Part shown: positions 29,967-40,231 of the stretch, piece by piece
Layout of the letters: each line of letters begins with the position of its first letter
Numbering within the stretch: the first letter of the stretch is position 1
Source of the DNA: Cytophagaceae bacterium
Lineage (GTDB): Bacteria > Bacteroidota > Bacteroidia > Cytophagales > Cytophagaceae
DNA: 64,000 nucleotides
Direction of reading: 5' to 3'
Assembly (NCBI GenBank): GCA_025454925.1
Contig: JALONM010000008.1
Span: 12,819-76,818 of the forward strand
Made by a program: the position numbers and the translations under genes
Notes under the pieces: model-generated
Database searches by the model: none
What the model saw: only the letters and a program-made list of their open reading frames with translations
Told to the model about the DNA's origin: nothing

Positions 29967-30358
29967 GAAATTATTTTTTTTACAAGCGATAGAACATCTT
30001 TTTTATGCATCCACAAGAAAATACTGGATGCGAGAAAAACAGCCAGCGCCAGCGTAAAGAGTCCGCCCCCATCGCTGGCAACTTGGATGCCTAATACCAA
30101 TAGATGAGAAAGTATTGCTCCCACCATGATACTCAAACAACTTATCATTCCTATTAGTTGTGTCTTTGGAATTAAAATAGCTACTGCCACTATCAGTTCA
30201 ATGATACCGAGTCCAACTCTTCCCCATGGCTCCACGCCCAAAGCAGAAAAAATAAGCACTGAATCGGGATGGGCTGTAAATTTGAAATAAAGTGTTTGCA
30301 GCAGAATAACCGCTGCGCATAGTTTTAACACCCAGGAGAACGTATTTTTTACATTCAT
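29963..30358 (-). CDS. DoxX-family membrane protein
   Basis: About 131 aa from the ATG at 30358, with four TM helices. Its stop overlaps the msrB-msrA start as ATGA. Confidence 0.75.
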   Translation of the reverse strand: MNVKNTFSWVLKLCAAVILLQTLYFKFTAHPDSVLIFSALGVEPWGRVGLGIIELIVAVAILIPKTQLIGMISCLSIMVGAILSHLLVLGIQVASDGGGLFTLALAVFLASSIFLWMHKKDVLSLVKKIIS

Positions 30359-30447
30359 GTTCGTATGTTTTATATGGAATAAATCGGATGTGGAAGTTCG
30401 TAGTGTCAATCAAAAATTAAGCAGTAGAATATCTGTTCCTGCGGTGG

Positions 30448-30909
30448 TTACTTGCTGATAAGAAGCCAATTTTTGTCGGCTTTCGCTTTTAGATTTTTCT
30501 CGTCCTTGTTCCAGCTCTTTAGTGTATTATTAAAATAGGCGTTATAGAATACATATAATTTTCCATTAATGATTTTAAATGTTTCAGGATCTATTTCCAC
30601 CTTTTCGGCATTCTCTCCCATGGCGTAGGCGCACCATCCACCATATTGAGGTTCATAATTGGCTGGATTCGTTATGAACGTTTTTTTATTTGTTTCTGAA
30701 GAAAAATAATAAGTAACTCCCTTATACACGTACCTAATGCCGGAGGATCCTTTGATGGCTTTGTTTGAACTAAAATAGGCAACCGGATCATAGCCCTGCA
30801 ATGCCAGGCCTTGTTCCAGGTTATAGTGCTTAAGCCGCTCGGCTTCTGTATGTTGGGCAAGAAGGTTGGCAGCCGTAACGATCAGTAGTGTGATAATTAA
30901 ATACCTCAT
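30448..30909 (-). CDS. YHS-domain protein, secreted
   Basis: 153 aa with a signal peptide and the motifs QGYDPVAYF and GGWCAYAM, typical of the YHS-domain family. Confidence 0.75.
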   Translation of the reverse strand: MRYLIITLLIVTAANLLAQHTEAERLKHYNLEQGLALQGYDPVAYFSSNKAIKGSSGIRYVYKGVTYYFSSETNKKTFITNPANYEPQYGGWCAYAMGENAEKVEIDPETFKIINGKLYVFYNAYFNNTLKSWNKDEKNLKAKADKNWLLISK

Positions 30910-31123
30910 CCTTTCAATTTATTTTTTGTTTAAGACAAAGGTATGTATAAACTCAAATGTAAAATGTCAGCTACCTTACACTTTAGCATAAATACTTCCT
31001 GCTAATGTTTTCGACAGCGTGTACTCTATTAAAAATCGATTATTAATCTTGAGGATTTCAGAAATTATAATCTTAACAGAAATTCTTTGTGGAGCCTATG
31101 AGTTTCTATGAAGGTATTCCTTG

Positions 31124-31253
31124 TTGCGTGAGGGATAGAGTGGAAAGGCCCGTATGTCGCTGGTGGCGCTATGAGCGCTACCAGCAACATACGGACTTGG
31201 AGCGATAGCCCGGCCCAAAGTGGCGCTGAAGGCGCCACGGAGGGACACGCCCA
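31124..31253 (-). repeat. family A repeat, copy 4 (inverted)
   Basis: The reverse complement carries all three conserved blocks. The second hairpin is expanded to 19-nt arms, 31152-31170 paired with 31174-31192. Confidence 0.85.
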
Positions 31254-31299
31254 CTGCTGTCCGCCAACTATAATAGTGCGAGCAGAACTTGCGCTTTTA

Positions 31300-32796
31300 T
31301 TACCGCTTTATAAATAGATACAAGCCCATGCAGCTTACCGTAAAAACACCCAGCACAGAAATCAGCATGGCTATGTCGCGTACATTTTTCCCGGCCCATT
31401 CGAGGAATAAAAATTTATGGAAGATGGCAAAGGAATATCCTTCAGCGCGGTCTCCATCCACAATAGAAGCTGCCAGGCGTGAGGTGGATGTCTCGATATA
31501 TACATTTTGGTGCTCGGCATTGTCGAGTGCGATGCGAACTACAGGCAGTCGTTTAAACACGAAACCGTATTCGCGCTTTTCAAAGGCGGTGAGTACTTCT
31601 TGCTTTATCACCGGACTGGCATTCATTTGTTCTTCGTCCAGGCTGGGATCGCAGCAATCGGTAGCTTCAGGATTTTCAAGTTGCAAACGTTTTTCAAACT
31701 TAGCCGCCAGATACGTGGCATACTCCAGATTGCCTTTGGATAGTGCGATTCCATCTTGTGTAGTATAATATTCGATGCTCGCGGGTAATTCTTCCGTCTT
31801 CTTTAAAAAACATTGGTAATACGATTTCTTTTTTAGCTGAACTACCGAAACATTTGTGAGCCTTTCGAGAGGCACATCCAGCCGAAACGGATCTACCTGC
31901 AAGGCATCTGCATTCAAGATGGGTTCGTAGACCATGTGGGGCAATAGATTGGGCGACCATTTTTTGGTAGCATGAAATGCTCCGCTGAAGGCAAAGGTGA
32001 GCGTTACCAGAGAAACCGATAAACCTATTTTCCGGTGGTAGCGCCTCCACTTGCCAACAGCAGAACTTGCTTTGTTGGAAAATTTACTCCAGAAAAATCC
32101 ATATATGACCAAGCCACTCAAGGCTGAAATCATAATTATACCCAGCAATACAAACATGATCACAAGGCGTACATACCGATTGGAAATGGATTCGAGAAAT
32201 GACCAATTATGAAACTGATCGAATATCCAGATGAAATATTTTCTGGAATCGGGATTAAAGGTTGCGAGCCGGGAGTATGGGGTTTCTACATAAACGTCCA
32301 TGTGATCGGGCCTGTCGAAGCTCACTTTCCAAACGGGAAGCAGGCGGTTAATAAATTTATACGAGCCTGAAAAATCGGTTTGCTCGGTTATACTTGCCAC
32401 TTTGCTCAGGCTGTCTTGCAAAAAATACCGGGCCAGATATTCAGCATACCGTTTATCGCCCTCCGGCAAGATCGCTCCATCTTTCGCATCGATATACAAC
32501 CAATCACCTTCCATGTTTTTTAGTTGGTAATAGGTGCTGCCATTCCAGGTAAGCATACGCACATTTTTGAATTGTGCTATGCTGTTTTTTTCAAGCGCTT
32601 GCTTCAGCGAAAGCTTTACGAAAGTGGTATCGAGGGCCGTTGCAGGTTTAAACTCTTTGGCAATTTGCGGCTTAAACCAATGCGCCATGAATGGGTGCAT
32701 CATTCCGGATATGCACCAGAATAAAACGGGCACGATGCTGATGATGCCGATCCAACGATGCCAGGTATAAATTTTTTTCTTGATGATCTCTTTCAT
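31300..32796 (-). CDS. PepSY-associated TM helix domain protein (PiuB-like)
   Basis: 498 aa with an N-terminal …WHRWIGIISIVPVLFWCISG… motif and repeated TM plus periplasmic PepSY-like segments. It lies downstream of a TonB receptor gene. Confidence 0.8.
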   Translation of the reverse strand: MKEIIKKKIYTWHRWIGIISIVPVLFWCISGMMHPFMAHWFKPQIAKEFKPATALDTTFVKLSLKQALEKNSIAQFKNVRMLTWNGSTYYQLKNMEGDWLYIDAKDGAILPEGDKRYAEYLARYFLQDSLSKVASITEQTDFSGSYKFINRLLPVWKVSFDRPDHMDVYVETPYSRLATFNPDSRKYFIWIFDQFHNWSFLESISNRYVRLVIMFVLLGIIMISALSGLVIYGFFWSKFSNKASSAVGKWRRYHRKIGLSVSLVTLTFAFSGAFHATKKWSPNLLPHMVYEPILNADALQVDPFRLDVPLERLTNVSVVQLKKKSYYQCFLKKTEELPASIEYYTTQDGIALSKGNLEYATYLAAKFEKRLQLENPEATDCCDPSLDEEQMNASPVIKQEVLTAFEKREYGFVFKRLPVVRIALDNAEHQNVYIETSTSRLAASIVDGDRAEGYSFAIFHKFLFLEWAGKNVRDIAMLISVLGVFTVSCMGLYLFIKR

Positions 32797-32813
32797 CCTA
32801 ATTCGCTTCTTTC

Positions 32814-35165
32814 TTATTTCTTTTCTTTACCCTTGAAATTGTATTGAAGGCCTACCACAACATTTCTTGGCGCTCCCGGGTTGTAGGTACTTCTGTCGGT
32901 AGCGTTGTTTCCGCGCGAGGCCGAATATGCAATGAGCGCATTAGTTACATTCAATACATTGGAATAAAATTCTACTCCTTTCCATTTGTAGCCAACCCGA
33001 TAATTTATCAGATGAAATCCTTCGTACCGCACAGTATTAATTTGGTTTTGATACCAGCCTGATACATATTGCCATTCCAGGGATGTTCTGAAATTTTTAA
33101 ACCAAGCGGGATAGTACGACAATTCGGTATTCCAGGACCAGCGGGGAGCGCTCGGCATTTCAAATCCGTCCAAATTTTTTACTTCGTCGGAAGCGCGGTT
33201 GCTTACCTGGAAATCTTCGAAGCGGTGCAGGGCATTGGTACCTCCGAAACGAAAGGCCCATTGTTTGGAAGGTTTAGCCGTTAGTGCAAATTCAATTCCT
33301 TTGTGCAAGGTTTTTCCTGCCGACTGATAGTCGAAGGAATTGTCGGGTTGGCGGATGTTCAACAACTCATTGGTGCCATCCATTTGATACAAAGTAATTT
33401 CGGCAAACACTCTGTTTTTCCAATACGAAGTCCAGAAACCAAGTTCATAATTTTGAAATACGGCAGGTTCCAGGTTGGTATAAAATTCCACCGGATTGGT
33501 ATTGGGTTTAGGTCTGAAGATGGCAGTAAGCGATGGAGGCGAGAAGCCTTGTGAATAGTTTACATAGAAGCCATTGTTTTTGCCCAGGTCATACGTGGCG
33601 CCAATCTTGGGAGTAAATCGATTGTATACGATGGTGCCTCGTGTGCTGTTGATGTTGTTTTTATAAAACAGATCCATGTAATCATACCGGCCGCCCAAAG
33701 AAATTTTTAATTTTTTAATGGGAGAAACGGCGAGTTGCAAATAGCCTGCATAGTTTTTAATTACCCCATCGTAATTGGCAATTCTCACATCGGGGCGCTC
33801 TTCGGCTATGGTGTATTGTTTTACAGTTTTTCCGTCGGCATTCAATTCCGCATTCAAATTAATCAGATGCGACCAATAGTCGTTGGTAGAATAATCGAAT
33901 ACAGCGCCCGCAATTAAAGAAGATGAAAGGAACTTAAATTGTTGGCTGTGCTGAAGGATTACACCGTAGCTTTCAAAATTATTGGAATTTATTTCTCCGC
34001 GGGCTTTGGTGGGATCGTTGGTAGCGCTAGGTGTAGGATTCCAGCGGATGGCGTAGCTGGGATTTTGTCCGTGTTTGTTATTGCGCTGAAACAGAGTAAC
34101 GAAAGTTCTGGAATTGGTGGACCAATCTTTTTCCAAAGTAAGTCTTGAGCGATAAGCATCCGATTTTCGGTACGTAAACTCAGAAGTGCTGATGTATTCA
34201 CGTTTGTAGAAGGCAGCACTATCAACACTGCCGGACATTTGCGAATAATATTTTCCGTAAACTAAATTTCCTACGAGGCGCAAGGAAGGTTTGAAAGCGT
34301 ATTCGAGTCGCACGTTTACTATATTTTTATCGTAATCGGAATTGGTCATCCAGGAATTGGTTTGTACGCTGCTTAATCCTCCTACATAAAAACCAAACTT
34401 TTTAATACGTGCACCGCCGCCAAACTGCACACGCCTGTGTCCCCAGGAATCAAGCTGAAAGCCCAATCTGGCTGTTGGCACGGCAGTGGGACGTTGTAAA
34501 ATAAAGTTTACGGCTCCACCCACCGCTTCGGGACCGTATACCGAAGAAACGGGACCCTTTACTACCTCTACAGAACTAATGGCAAATTGATTTACTTCCA
34601 GCAAGGCATTATGATTGAAAATTCCTAAGGGCCGGATGGGAACTCCATCTTCCATATACAAGTAATACGCACTGGTTCCCATAGGCTGCCGGATGGCCAT
34701 GGCATGCTGCTCTGTATTATAGCTTGGCATTATTACACCTGGCGTTTTATTAATAAGCTCATACAGTTGAGTCGCTTTGGTTTCATCGAGTTGCTTCGCT
34801 GTGAGGGTAGAAATAGCAATCGGACTTTCTGAGCGCAGACTGGCCTCCCGATTGGCGGTTACTATCACTGGCTGCAACAATATGCCGTCGGGCCGTAATG
34901 AAATTTTCATCTCCGGCAACAATACTAACTTCTGAGACTCATAGCCCATCATGCTAACGACCAACGAATCTTCTCCAGAGATGGAGTCAAGCTGAAACAT
35001 TCCATCATTGTTTGACCTAAGAATGACCTGGGAATTCTTGACCAACCGGATTTGCGCACCGGGCACAGGTTCTTGGGTTTCAGCATCTAGCACTACCCCT
35101 TGGTAGGATTGGCCAAGTGAGGAAAAAGTAATATATAGTAAAAGGGATATGATGATCTTTTTCAT
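32814..35165 (-). CDS. TonB-dependent receptor (carboxypeptidase-regulatory-like N-domain + plug + barrel)
   Basis: The start at 35165 gives MKKIIISLLLYITFSSLGQ. It has a plug motif (…INKTPGV…) and a barrel with terminal …GLQYNF. Confidence 0.9.
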   Translation of the reverse strand: MKKIIISLLLYITFSSLGQSYQGVVLDAETQEPVPGAQIRLVKNSQVILRSNNDGMFQLDSISGEDSLVVSMMGYESQKLVLLPEMKISLRPDGILLQPVIVTANREASLRSESPIAISTLTAKQLDETKATQLYELINKTPGVIMPSYNTEQHAMAIRQPMGTSAYYLYMEDGVPIRPLGIFNHNALLEVNQFAISSVEVVKGPVSSVYGPEAVGGAVNFILQRPTAVPTARLGFQLDSWGHRRVQFGGGARIKKFGFYVGGLSSVQTNSWMTNSDYDKNIVNVRLEYAFKPSLRLVGNLVYGKYYSQMSGSVDSAAFYKREYISTSEFTYRKSDAYRSRLTLEKDWSTNSRTFVTLFQRNNKHGQNPSYAIRWNPTPSATNDPTKARGEINSNNFESYGVILQHSQQFKFLSSSLIAGAVFDYSTNDYWSHLINLNAELNADGKTVKQYTIAEERPDVRIANYDGVIKNYAGYLQLAVSPIKKLKISLGGRYDYMDLFYKNNINSTRGTIVYNRFTPKIGATYDLGKNNGFYVNYSQGFSPPSLTAIFRPKPNTNPVEFYTNLEPAVFQNYELGFWTSYWKNRVFAEITLYQMDGTNELLNIRQPDNSFDYQSAGKTLHKGIEFALTAKPSKQWAFRFGGTNALHRFEDFQVSNRASDEVKNLDGFEMPSAPRWSWNTELSYYPAWFKNFRTSLEWQYVSGWYQNQINTVRYEGFHLINYRVGYKWKGVEFYSNVLNVTNALIAYSASRGNNATDRSTYNPGAPRNVVVGLQYNFKGKEKK

Positions 35166-35267
35166 ACAATTCTGATTTAACAAACTAACAAGGAAATCGA
35201 GCAAGCCTGGAACAACAGGCTCCTACATCCTGCCCATTAGCAAGATTGCTCACGATGTTTTAGTAAA

Positions 35268-35648
35268 TCAGAAAATGGAGGGTGGCTGAAATACTCCCGA
35301 TAGTTCCTGCGAGGATAAGGGAGATGAAAGCGAAGGGAAGTACAAATCCGTCACCAGGCCTGCGTATGCACGAACTTGAAAAACGGAAAAGGGATTGAAA
35401 AAAAACAAGGACTCAAAGAAATCTTTTAATGAAAGCGGAATGTGTTTCTTTTCCTGTTTGTCCGCTTCGTTTAATTGATTTTTCAAATAACATTTACCCT
35501 GGCAGTCATTGTTTGATTGGCTTTTTTTCAAGCACAGGGTTGCTGCGATGGTTGGTTGGTTGAGGGCATACGAAAAATACAGGAGCGATTTGTGCAAGGA
35601 CAAACTCAGTACGATCAAAGCGATTATGACTACCAGTATTTTTTTCAC
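35268..35648 (-). CDS. hypothetical small membrane-anchored Cys-motif protein
   Basis: 126 aa with an N-terminal TM helix followed by CLKKSQSNNDCQGKC. It is the first gene of the receptor/PepSY operon. Confidence 0.5.
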   Translation of the reverse strand: MKKILVVIIALIVLSLSLHKSLLYFSYALNQPTIAATLCLKKSQSNNDCQGKCYLKNQLNEADKQEKKHIPLSLKDFFESLFFFNPFSVFQVRAYAGLVTDLYFPSLSSPLSSQELSGVFQPPSIF

Positions 35649-35837
35649 CTGAATACAAAGTTAATTTTTTTTTTTAATGTGAATGATTCCTCTATTGAAT
35701 TCCTAAAAAAAAATCTAGCACTTCTTCTTTTTATGCAAGCTTTGTTGCTGATTATTACTGAATAATGAAATCCTAATGAATTACTTTTACCTATACCATG
35801 TATTTAAATCTATGTTGAATTGGGAGTCCGGACTTAT

Positions 35838-35938
35838 AAAATCATAGGCTTAGGAAAGAATTTCTTGTGTTGGATTCCTTCTCAAGCCTTTGATTTTAGT
35901 AGTCATTTCTCAGTAGAAGAATTTCAGTGGGAAATGGG
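35838..35938 (+). repeat. family C repeat, partial copy e
   Basis: Retains the long-stem module (AAAATCATAGGCTTAGGAA…TTCCTTCTCAAGCCTTTGATTTT) and the terminal hairpin region. Confidence 0.65.
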
Positions 35939-35974
35939 AATTCAAACTCCATACTACAGTAAGGCAGGTGACAT

Positions 35975-36005
35975 GAAAAAAGCCGGAAGAGTTCCGGCTT
36001 TTTTA
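35975..36005 (-). terminator. intrinsic terminator after GH8 gene (bidirectional shape)
   Basis: AAAAAAGCCGGAA-gag-TTCCGGCTTTTTT, about 30 nt beyond the stop at 36034. Confidence 0.8.
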
Positions 36006-36033
36006 TCACTGTATTTGGGGAAAGAATTTCGTT

Positions 36034-39000
36034 CTATTGCTTAATAATACGCACGTGTTCTACACGGGAATCTAAACTTATTTGCACAACATAAACTCCG
36101 GAAGGAAGCGAATCACCAAGGTAGAATAATTCATTGGCTTGTGCCGGTTCGCTTGACATCAGGTTGCCTGCCACGTCGAATACCTGCACTTGTAATGCAG
36201 CGGACTCTCGATCGGTGCGCACCATGATGCCTATGTTCTTTTCAAACGGATTCGGAGCAGCCTGTACGGCTAAATTTTCATCTCGCACTACGCTTATCAT
36301 TTCGCTGGTATGGCGGGTGTTATCTACATCCACTTGCACCAATCGATAGTACACCAATCCAAAAGGAGCTTCATAATCGCGAAAATCGTATTGTTTCAGG
36401 CTAGTGGAATTCCCATAACCCTCTACGCGTGCCAGATCTCTGAAGTCGTATCCGTTGAGGGAACGTTGCAAAATAAAATAGTCGTTATCTGATTCTGAAG
36501 CTGTAGACCAATGCAGGTACACATGGTTTTGATTGGATACTGCATGGAAGCCGCTCAGCTCCACCGGAGCAGGTGCACAGCCTCCGCCCACAGTGGCAAT
36601 TACCGGAAGTCGTGCGCAGGTATTTCCGGTAGAAATTTCCCAATCGTAGAAGTAAGCATATTTGTTCGTTTCTACAGGATCATTGTTCAGTTGAAATCCG
36701 GTGATGCTTACAATATTTCCCGGAGAATTGAAGGGATACCCGGATACGGATACATCATTCCAATGAGGATTTCCATTGATGGTGCACGTGTTTTGTTTAA
36801 TTCTCATTTTTAGTGGAGAACCCCAGGTAGTACGATCGATCAATACACCAGCGCCACCGTTAAAAGTAAAGCGGAAAAGTGAGGCTGTTCCTCCACTGGC
36901 TCCAGGAGCATTCATGTTGTCGGAGGTAAACTCTGCCACTACCGTGTTGGAGCTGTTTAAAATTTCAATGGTTACACCACCCAAACCGGTTCCATAAAAC
37001 TGAAATGGAATTTTCAATGCCTTTAGGGTAAAGTTAGAAGTTGCCGTAAATACTGTTCCGCGTTCATTCGAACATCCATACTGTAAGCCTTGCCCGAACA
37101 AGGTAGATGGCCCTACATTCCCATTTACACTCGAGGCATCCTGTACATAGTAGGTAGTTGTAGATGAAATGGATGGCGTATTAAACGAAGTTGTTCCGGA
37201 ACCTCCCGACAAAGGCGATCCTCCAGTAGCATTGGCATACCAATCGTAATTGGTTCCGTTCAAACCGGGGTTGGTAATTCCGAGCGCCACGGAGGCAGGC
37301 CCCGAAGCTACGCAACCATCAAGTGGTGTAGGCAAGTTGGAGGTTATAACCACATCGTCGAGGCTGGTACAGCTGCCCGCATCGGCACGCAGCCGGTACC
37401 TTCCGGCCCGGCGCACGTTGGGATAAGAGGAACTGGTTGCGCCGGCAATATTGGAATATGAAGTTCCTCCGGTAAAATCCACCGACCATTGCCAGGTAGT
37501 ACCAACTGGGAAAGAAGCGAGATTAGAAGGAGCGATGTTTACCATGGCCGGATTACACAACGTAATATCACTGCCTAAAGCCGGCGTTGGCAAAGTAGAA
37601 GCAATGATTATGGTGTCACGCTTGCTACATCCTCCCGAGGAATCTCTTACTACAACGTATGTTCCAACTACATCGGCACAGCTTGGACACGTCTGGTTTG
37701 TTTGTCCGGAAATAACGGTACCGTTTTTATACCAGGTAAACGTTACATTGGTAGGCTTGGTGGTATTCGAGTTTAATGTAACGGGTAAAGTAGTTCCGCT
37801 GCAAGTAGACAGGTCATTGCCGAGGCTTGGTGTTACACATGATCCATTGAAAGGATTCCAGAAGTTTCCGGAGGCAATAAAAATTTGAATGGTGGCCAAC
37901 GTATTTTGAAAATACGGATCGTCGTCGAGGCGGTCAGATCCGCCGTAACCAGATTTAGAAGATTTTGTTACCCAACCGTTGTACCAGCTATCGGTAAGGG
38001 ATTGAGAATTGGCTGCCATACCCACGGCAAAAGAGCCTGTAAAGGCAGAGTTCCGGAAAGAACCATACAGTGTTCCATTGTTGCGGTATCCATCGCGTAT
38101 GTTGGCAATGCCTTGTGTTTGCGCCCAGTTGGTGATGCGAGTCAGCCAGGCATCGGCACCTGCGGAACCCCACCATAAATAATCCATGACAATGCGCATG
38201 GGCGTACGGCAGGCATCGTACTGATAATCGGAAGGAAGACCTCCACCCGATACAGCATAGTTACAATAATCCGGATTTCCACCTGCATTGCTCGGGATAG
38301 ATCCATCGGCACGTGTCCAGGCAGACACCAGTCCGGTAGTGTTATTATCATTCATATCAATGATTTTATAACAATCATCCGCAAGCTGGTTCCAGAAAGC
38401 AGCGTGTGTAGGCTCATGCACCGCAAATGCGCGGTAATAAGCAGGCGAAAAGTAAGAGATGTTAATGCAGTTGCAGGATCCTAGTGTGTTAAATGCATCC
38501 CCCGGACGCGTAACGTATACATTGCCTTGAGGAGTAGAGCATGTAGAAAGTCCTGAACCTGGACCATTCGTTTCGAATCGGCGTATATTAGCAATCAGGG
38601 TGGAGGCCGCTGCTCCATAACCAGCAGAAGGCCATTGCTTGTGAGCAATCAAGAGGGCCATGGCAGCATCAAGATCTCCATCGGTAGCGCCATTACTGCC
38701 GCTTACACCACCGCAGGTAACGTCCCAATGCATTAAACCATTCGCATTCATTTTATTTTGATAGAAAGACCACAAAGCTGCAAATCGGGTTTGGTCACCC
38801 GCGTATGCGGTCAATAACATGCCGTAGCCTTGTCCTTCCGAATACGTATTGGAACTACCCGAGCCATTTCTGATTCTTGCCCGTCCACCACCACAATCAG
38901 TGGTATAAAAATTAGCTATCCAGTTATCATACCAGCTATCGGCACGGGTGTCTGCAGATGCATTGGGTTCAAAATTCTGCATGAATCCATACGAATAGGA

Positions 39001-39081
39001 ATTATTGGTACCGAAAGGAATGGTTTGACTAAAAACTTGAACCATTCCTAACAACAACATCAGTTTTAAAACTACTTTCAT
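36034..39081 (-). CDS. secreted glycoside hydrolase family 8 protein with Ig-like repeats and T9SS C-terminal sorting domain
   Basis: It carries a GH8-signature-like segment ATDGDLDAAMALLIAHKQW and EGQGYGML. The middle has Cys-bracketed Ig-like modules (…ATGGSPL…TTTYYVQ). The C-terminus is …NPFEKN…VYVVQI…IIKQ. I prefer the ATG at 39081. Confidence 0.85.
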   Translation of the reverse strand: MKVVLKLMLLLGMVQVFSQTIPFGTNNSYSYGFMQNFEPNASADTRADSWYDNWIANFYTTDCGGGRARIRNGSGSSNTYSEGQGYGMLLTAYAGDQTRFAALWSFYQNKMNANGLMHWDVTCGGVSGSNGATDGDLDAAMALLIAHKQWPSAGYGAAASTLIANIRRFETNGPGSGLSTCSTPQGNVYVTRPGDAFNTLGSCNCINISYFSPAYYRAFAVHEPTHAAFWNQLADDCYKIIDMNDNNTTGLVSAWTRADGSIPSNAGGNPDYCNYAVSGGGLPSDYQYDACRTPMRIVMDYLWWGSAGADAWLTRITNWAQTQGIANIRDGYRNNGTLYGSFRNSAFTGSFAVGMAANSQSLTDSWYNGWVTKSSKSGYGGSDRLDDDPYFQNTLATIQIFIASGNFWNPFNGSCVTPSLGNDLSTCSGTTLPVTLNSNTTKPTNVTFTWYKNGTVISGQTNQTCPSCADVVGTYVVVRDSSGGCSKRDTIIIASTLPTPALGSDITLCNPAMVNIAPSNLASFPVGTTWQWSVDFTGGTSYSNIAGATSSSYPNVRRAGRYRLRADAGSCTSLDDVVITSNLPTPLDGCVASGPASVALGITNPGLNGTNYDWYANATGGSPLSGGSGTTSFNTPSISSTTTYYVQDASSVNGNVGPSTLFGQGLQYGCSNERGTVFTATSNFTLKALKIPFQFYGTGLGGVTIEILNSSNTVVAEFTSDNMNAPGASGGTASLFRFTFNGGAGVLIDRTTWGSPLKMRIKQNTCTINGNPHWNDVSVSGYPFNSPGNIVSITGFQLNNDPVETNKYAYFYDWEISTGNTCARLPVIATVGGGCAPAPVELSGFHAVSNQNHVYLHWSTASESDNDYFILQRSLNGYDFRDLARVEGYGNSTSLKQYDFRDYEAPFGLVYYRLVQVDVDNTRHTSEMISVVRDENLAVQAAPNPFEKNIGIMVRTDRESAALQVQVFDVAGNLMSSEPAQANELFYLGDSLPSGVYVVQISLDSRVEHVRIIKQ

Positions 39082-39397
39082 CTCGCCCAAAAGTTATTTA
39101 GTACTAAAATTTCTATTTTTAGTAACATAAAGTTAACGATTAATGGTGAGATTAGTTCAAAAAGTAATCGATTTTTTTTATATAAATCGTTGATTAATAA
39201 TTAGTTATTAGCTTTTGTTAACGCTTGGCTACCATCTACACTTATTTCAAAGTATTGATGTACAACCATGTAGTGAATCCGTTTGGCAACTTCGTTCCCA
39301 ATAACACCAAATAAAATCTTGATAATGTTATACCAAAAAACAGATACGTGTGTGCTATTCTGGGCGCCTCTTGTTTTCTAAACGAGCTATGGGAAAA

Positions 39398-40231
39398 TTA
39401 AACGACAATGTTATCAATCAAGCGGACACCTTCCAGGTAAACAGCGGTGCAAATAAGCACAGGGTTACCCTTTTCAAAGGAATCCAAGGGCATCAAGGTT
39501 TTATAATCACATATTTCAATATATTCTACTTGTATCCCATGATTTGTGAGAGCTTCTGTGTATTGATCCTTCAGCTTACCAATTGGAATCTTTCCAAGCG
39601 CATTTTGGGTGCGAAGCAATTGCTGGTAGATCTGGGAAGCTATTTCTTTTCCTGCTTCGCTTAATCGCCTGTTCCGCGAACTCATGGCCAGTCCATTGGC
39701 TTCGCGAAGCGTTTCGCATCGAATTAATTGTATTGGGAAACTTAAATCTTCGATTAAGGTTTCGATTATTCTTACCTGCTGAATGTCCTTTTGTCCGAAA
39801 TAAGCCCTGCTTGGGTTGGCCCAATGGAACAATTTTGCCACCACCGTGGCCACCCCATTAAAATGCCCGGGACGAAAGGTTCCCTCCATTACGCGCTCCA
39901 GCGTTCCAAAATCAAAAGCCAAACGGGTCGCTTGCTGGTAAACCAAAGAAGCCTCCGGGATAAATACAGCAGCAACGGATAAGGTCTCCAGCAAAGCGAG
40001 GTCTTCGGCTTCCGTTCTGGGGTATTTTACCAAATCATCAGGGTTATTAAATTGAAGTGGATTAACAAAAATACTCACCGTGACAAAATCGTTCTCTTCG
40101 GCTGCCTTCCTTACCAGGGATGCATGACCTTGATGCAAGGCGCCCATGGTCGGCACGAATCCAATGCTTCCTTGCGACTTCAACGCGCAGGATAAAGTAT
40201 AAAACTCAAACGGGTCACGAATTATTTTCAT
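39398..40231 (-). CDS. panC: pantoate--beta-alanine ligase
   Basis: 277 aa with the motif GFVPTMGALHQGHASL. Confidence 0.95.
   Translation of the reverse strand: MKIIRDPFEFYTLSCALKSQGSIGFVPTMGALHQGHASLVRKAAEENDFVTVSIFVNPLQFNNPDDLVKYPRTEAEDLALLETLSVAAVFIPEASLVYQQATRLAFDFGTLERVMEGTFRPGHFNGVATVVAKLFHWANPSRAYFGQKDIQQVRIIETLIEDLSFPIQLIRCETLREANGLAMSSRNRRLSEAGKEIASQIYQQLLRTQNALGKIPIGKLKDQYTEALTNHGIQVEYIEICDYKTLMPLDSFEKGNPVLICTAVYLEGVRLIDNIVV

Noticed and set aside
31289-32050. Plus-strand 159-aa ORF and the alternative-frame minus-strand 116-aa ORF within the PepSY gene
   Set aside because: Both overlap a coherent 498-aa PepSY/TM gene, the 159-aa ORF antisense and the 116-aa ORF in another frame. 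Neither has motifs of its own.
35751-35766. Calling ATTATTactgAATAAT a Fur box as an annotated feature
   Set aside because: The match to the canonical 19-bp Fur consensus is weak, and AT-rich dyads are common in these spacers. It is retained only as a low-weight note inside a finding.
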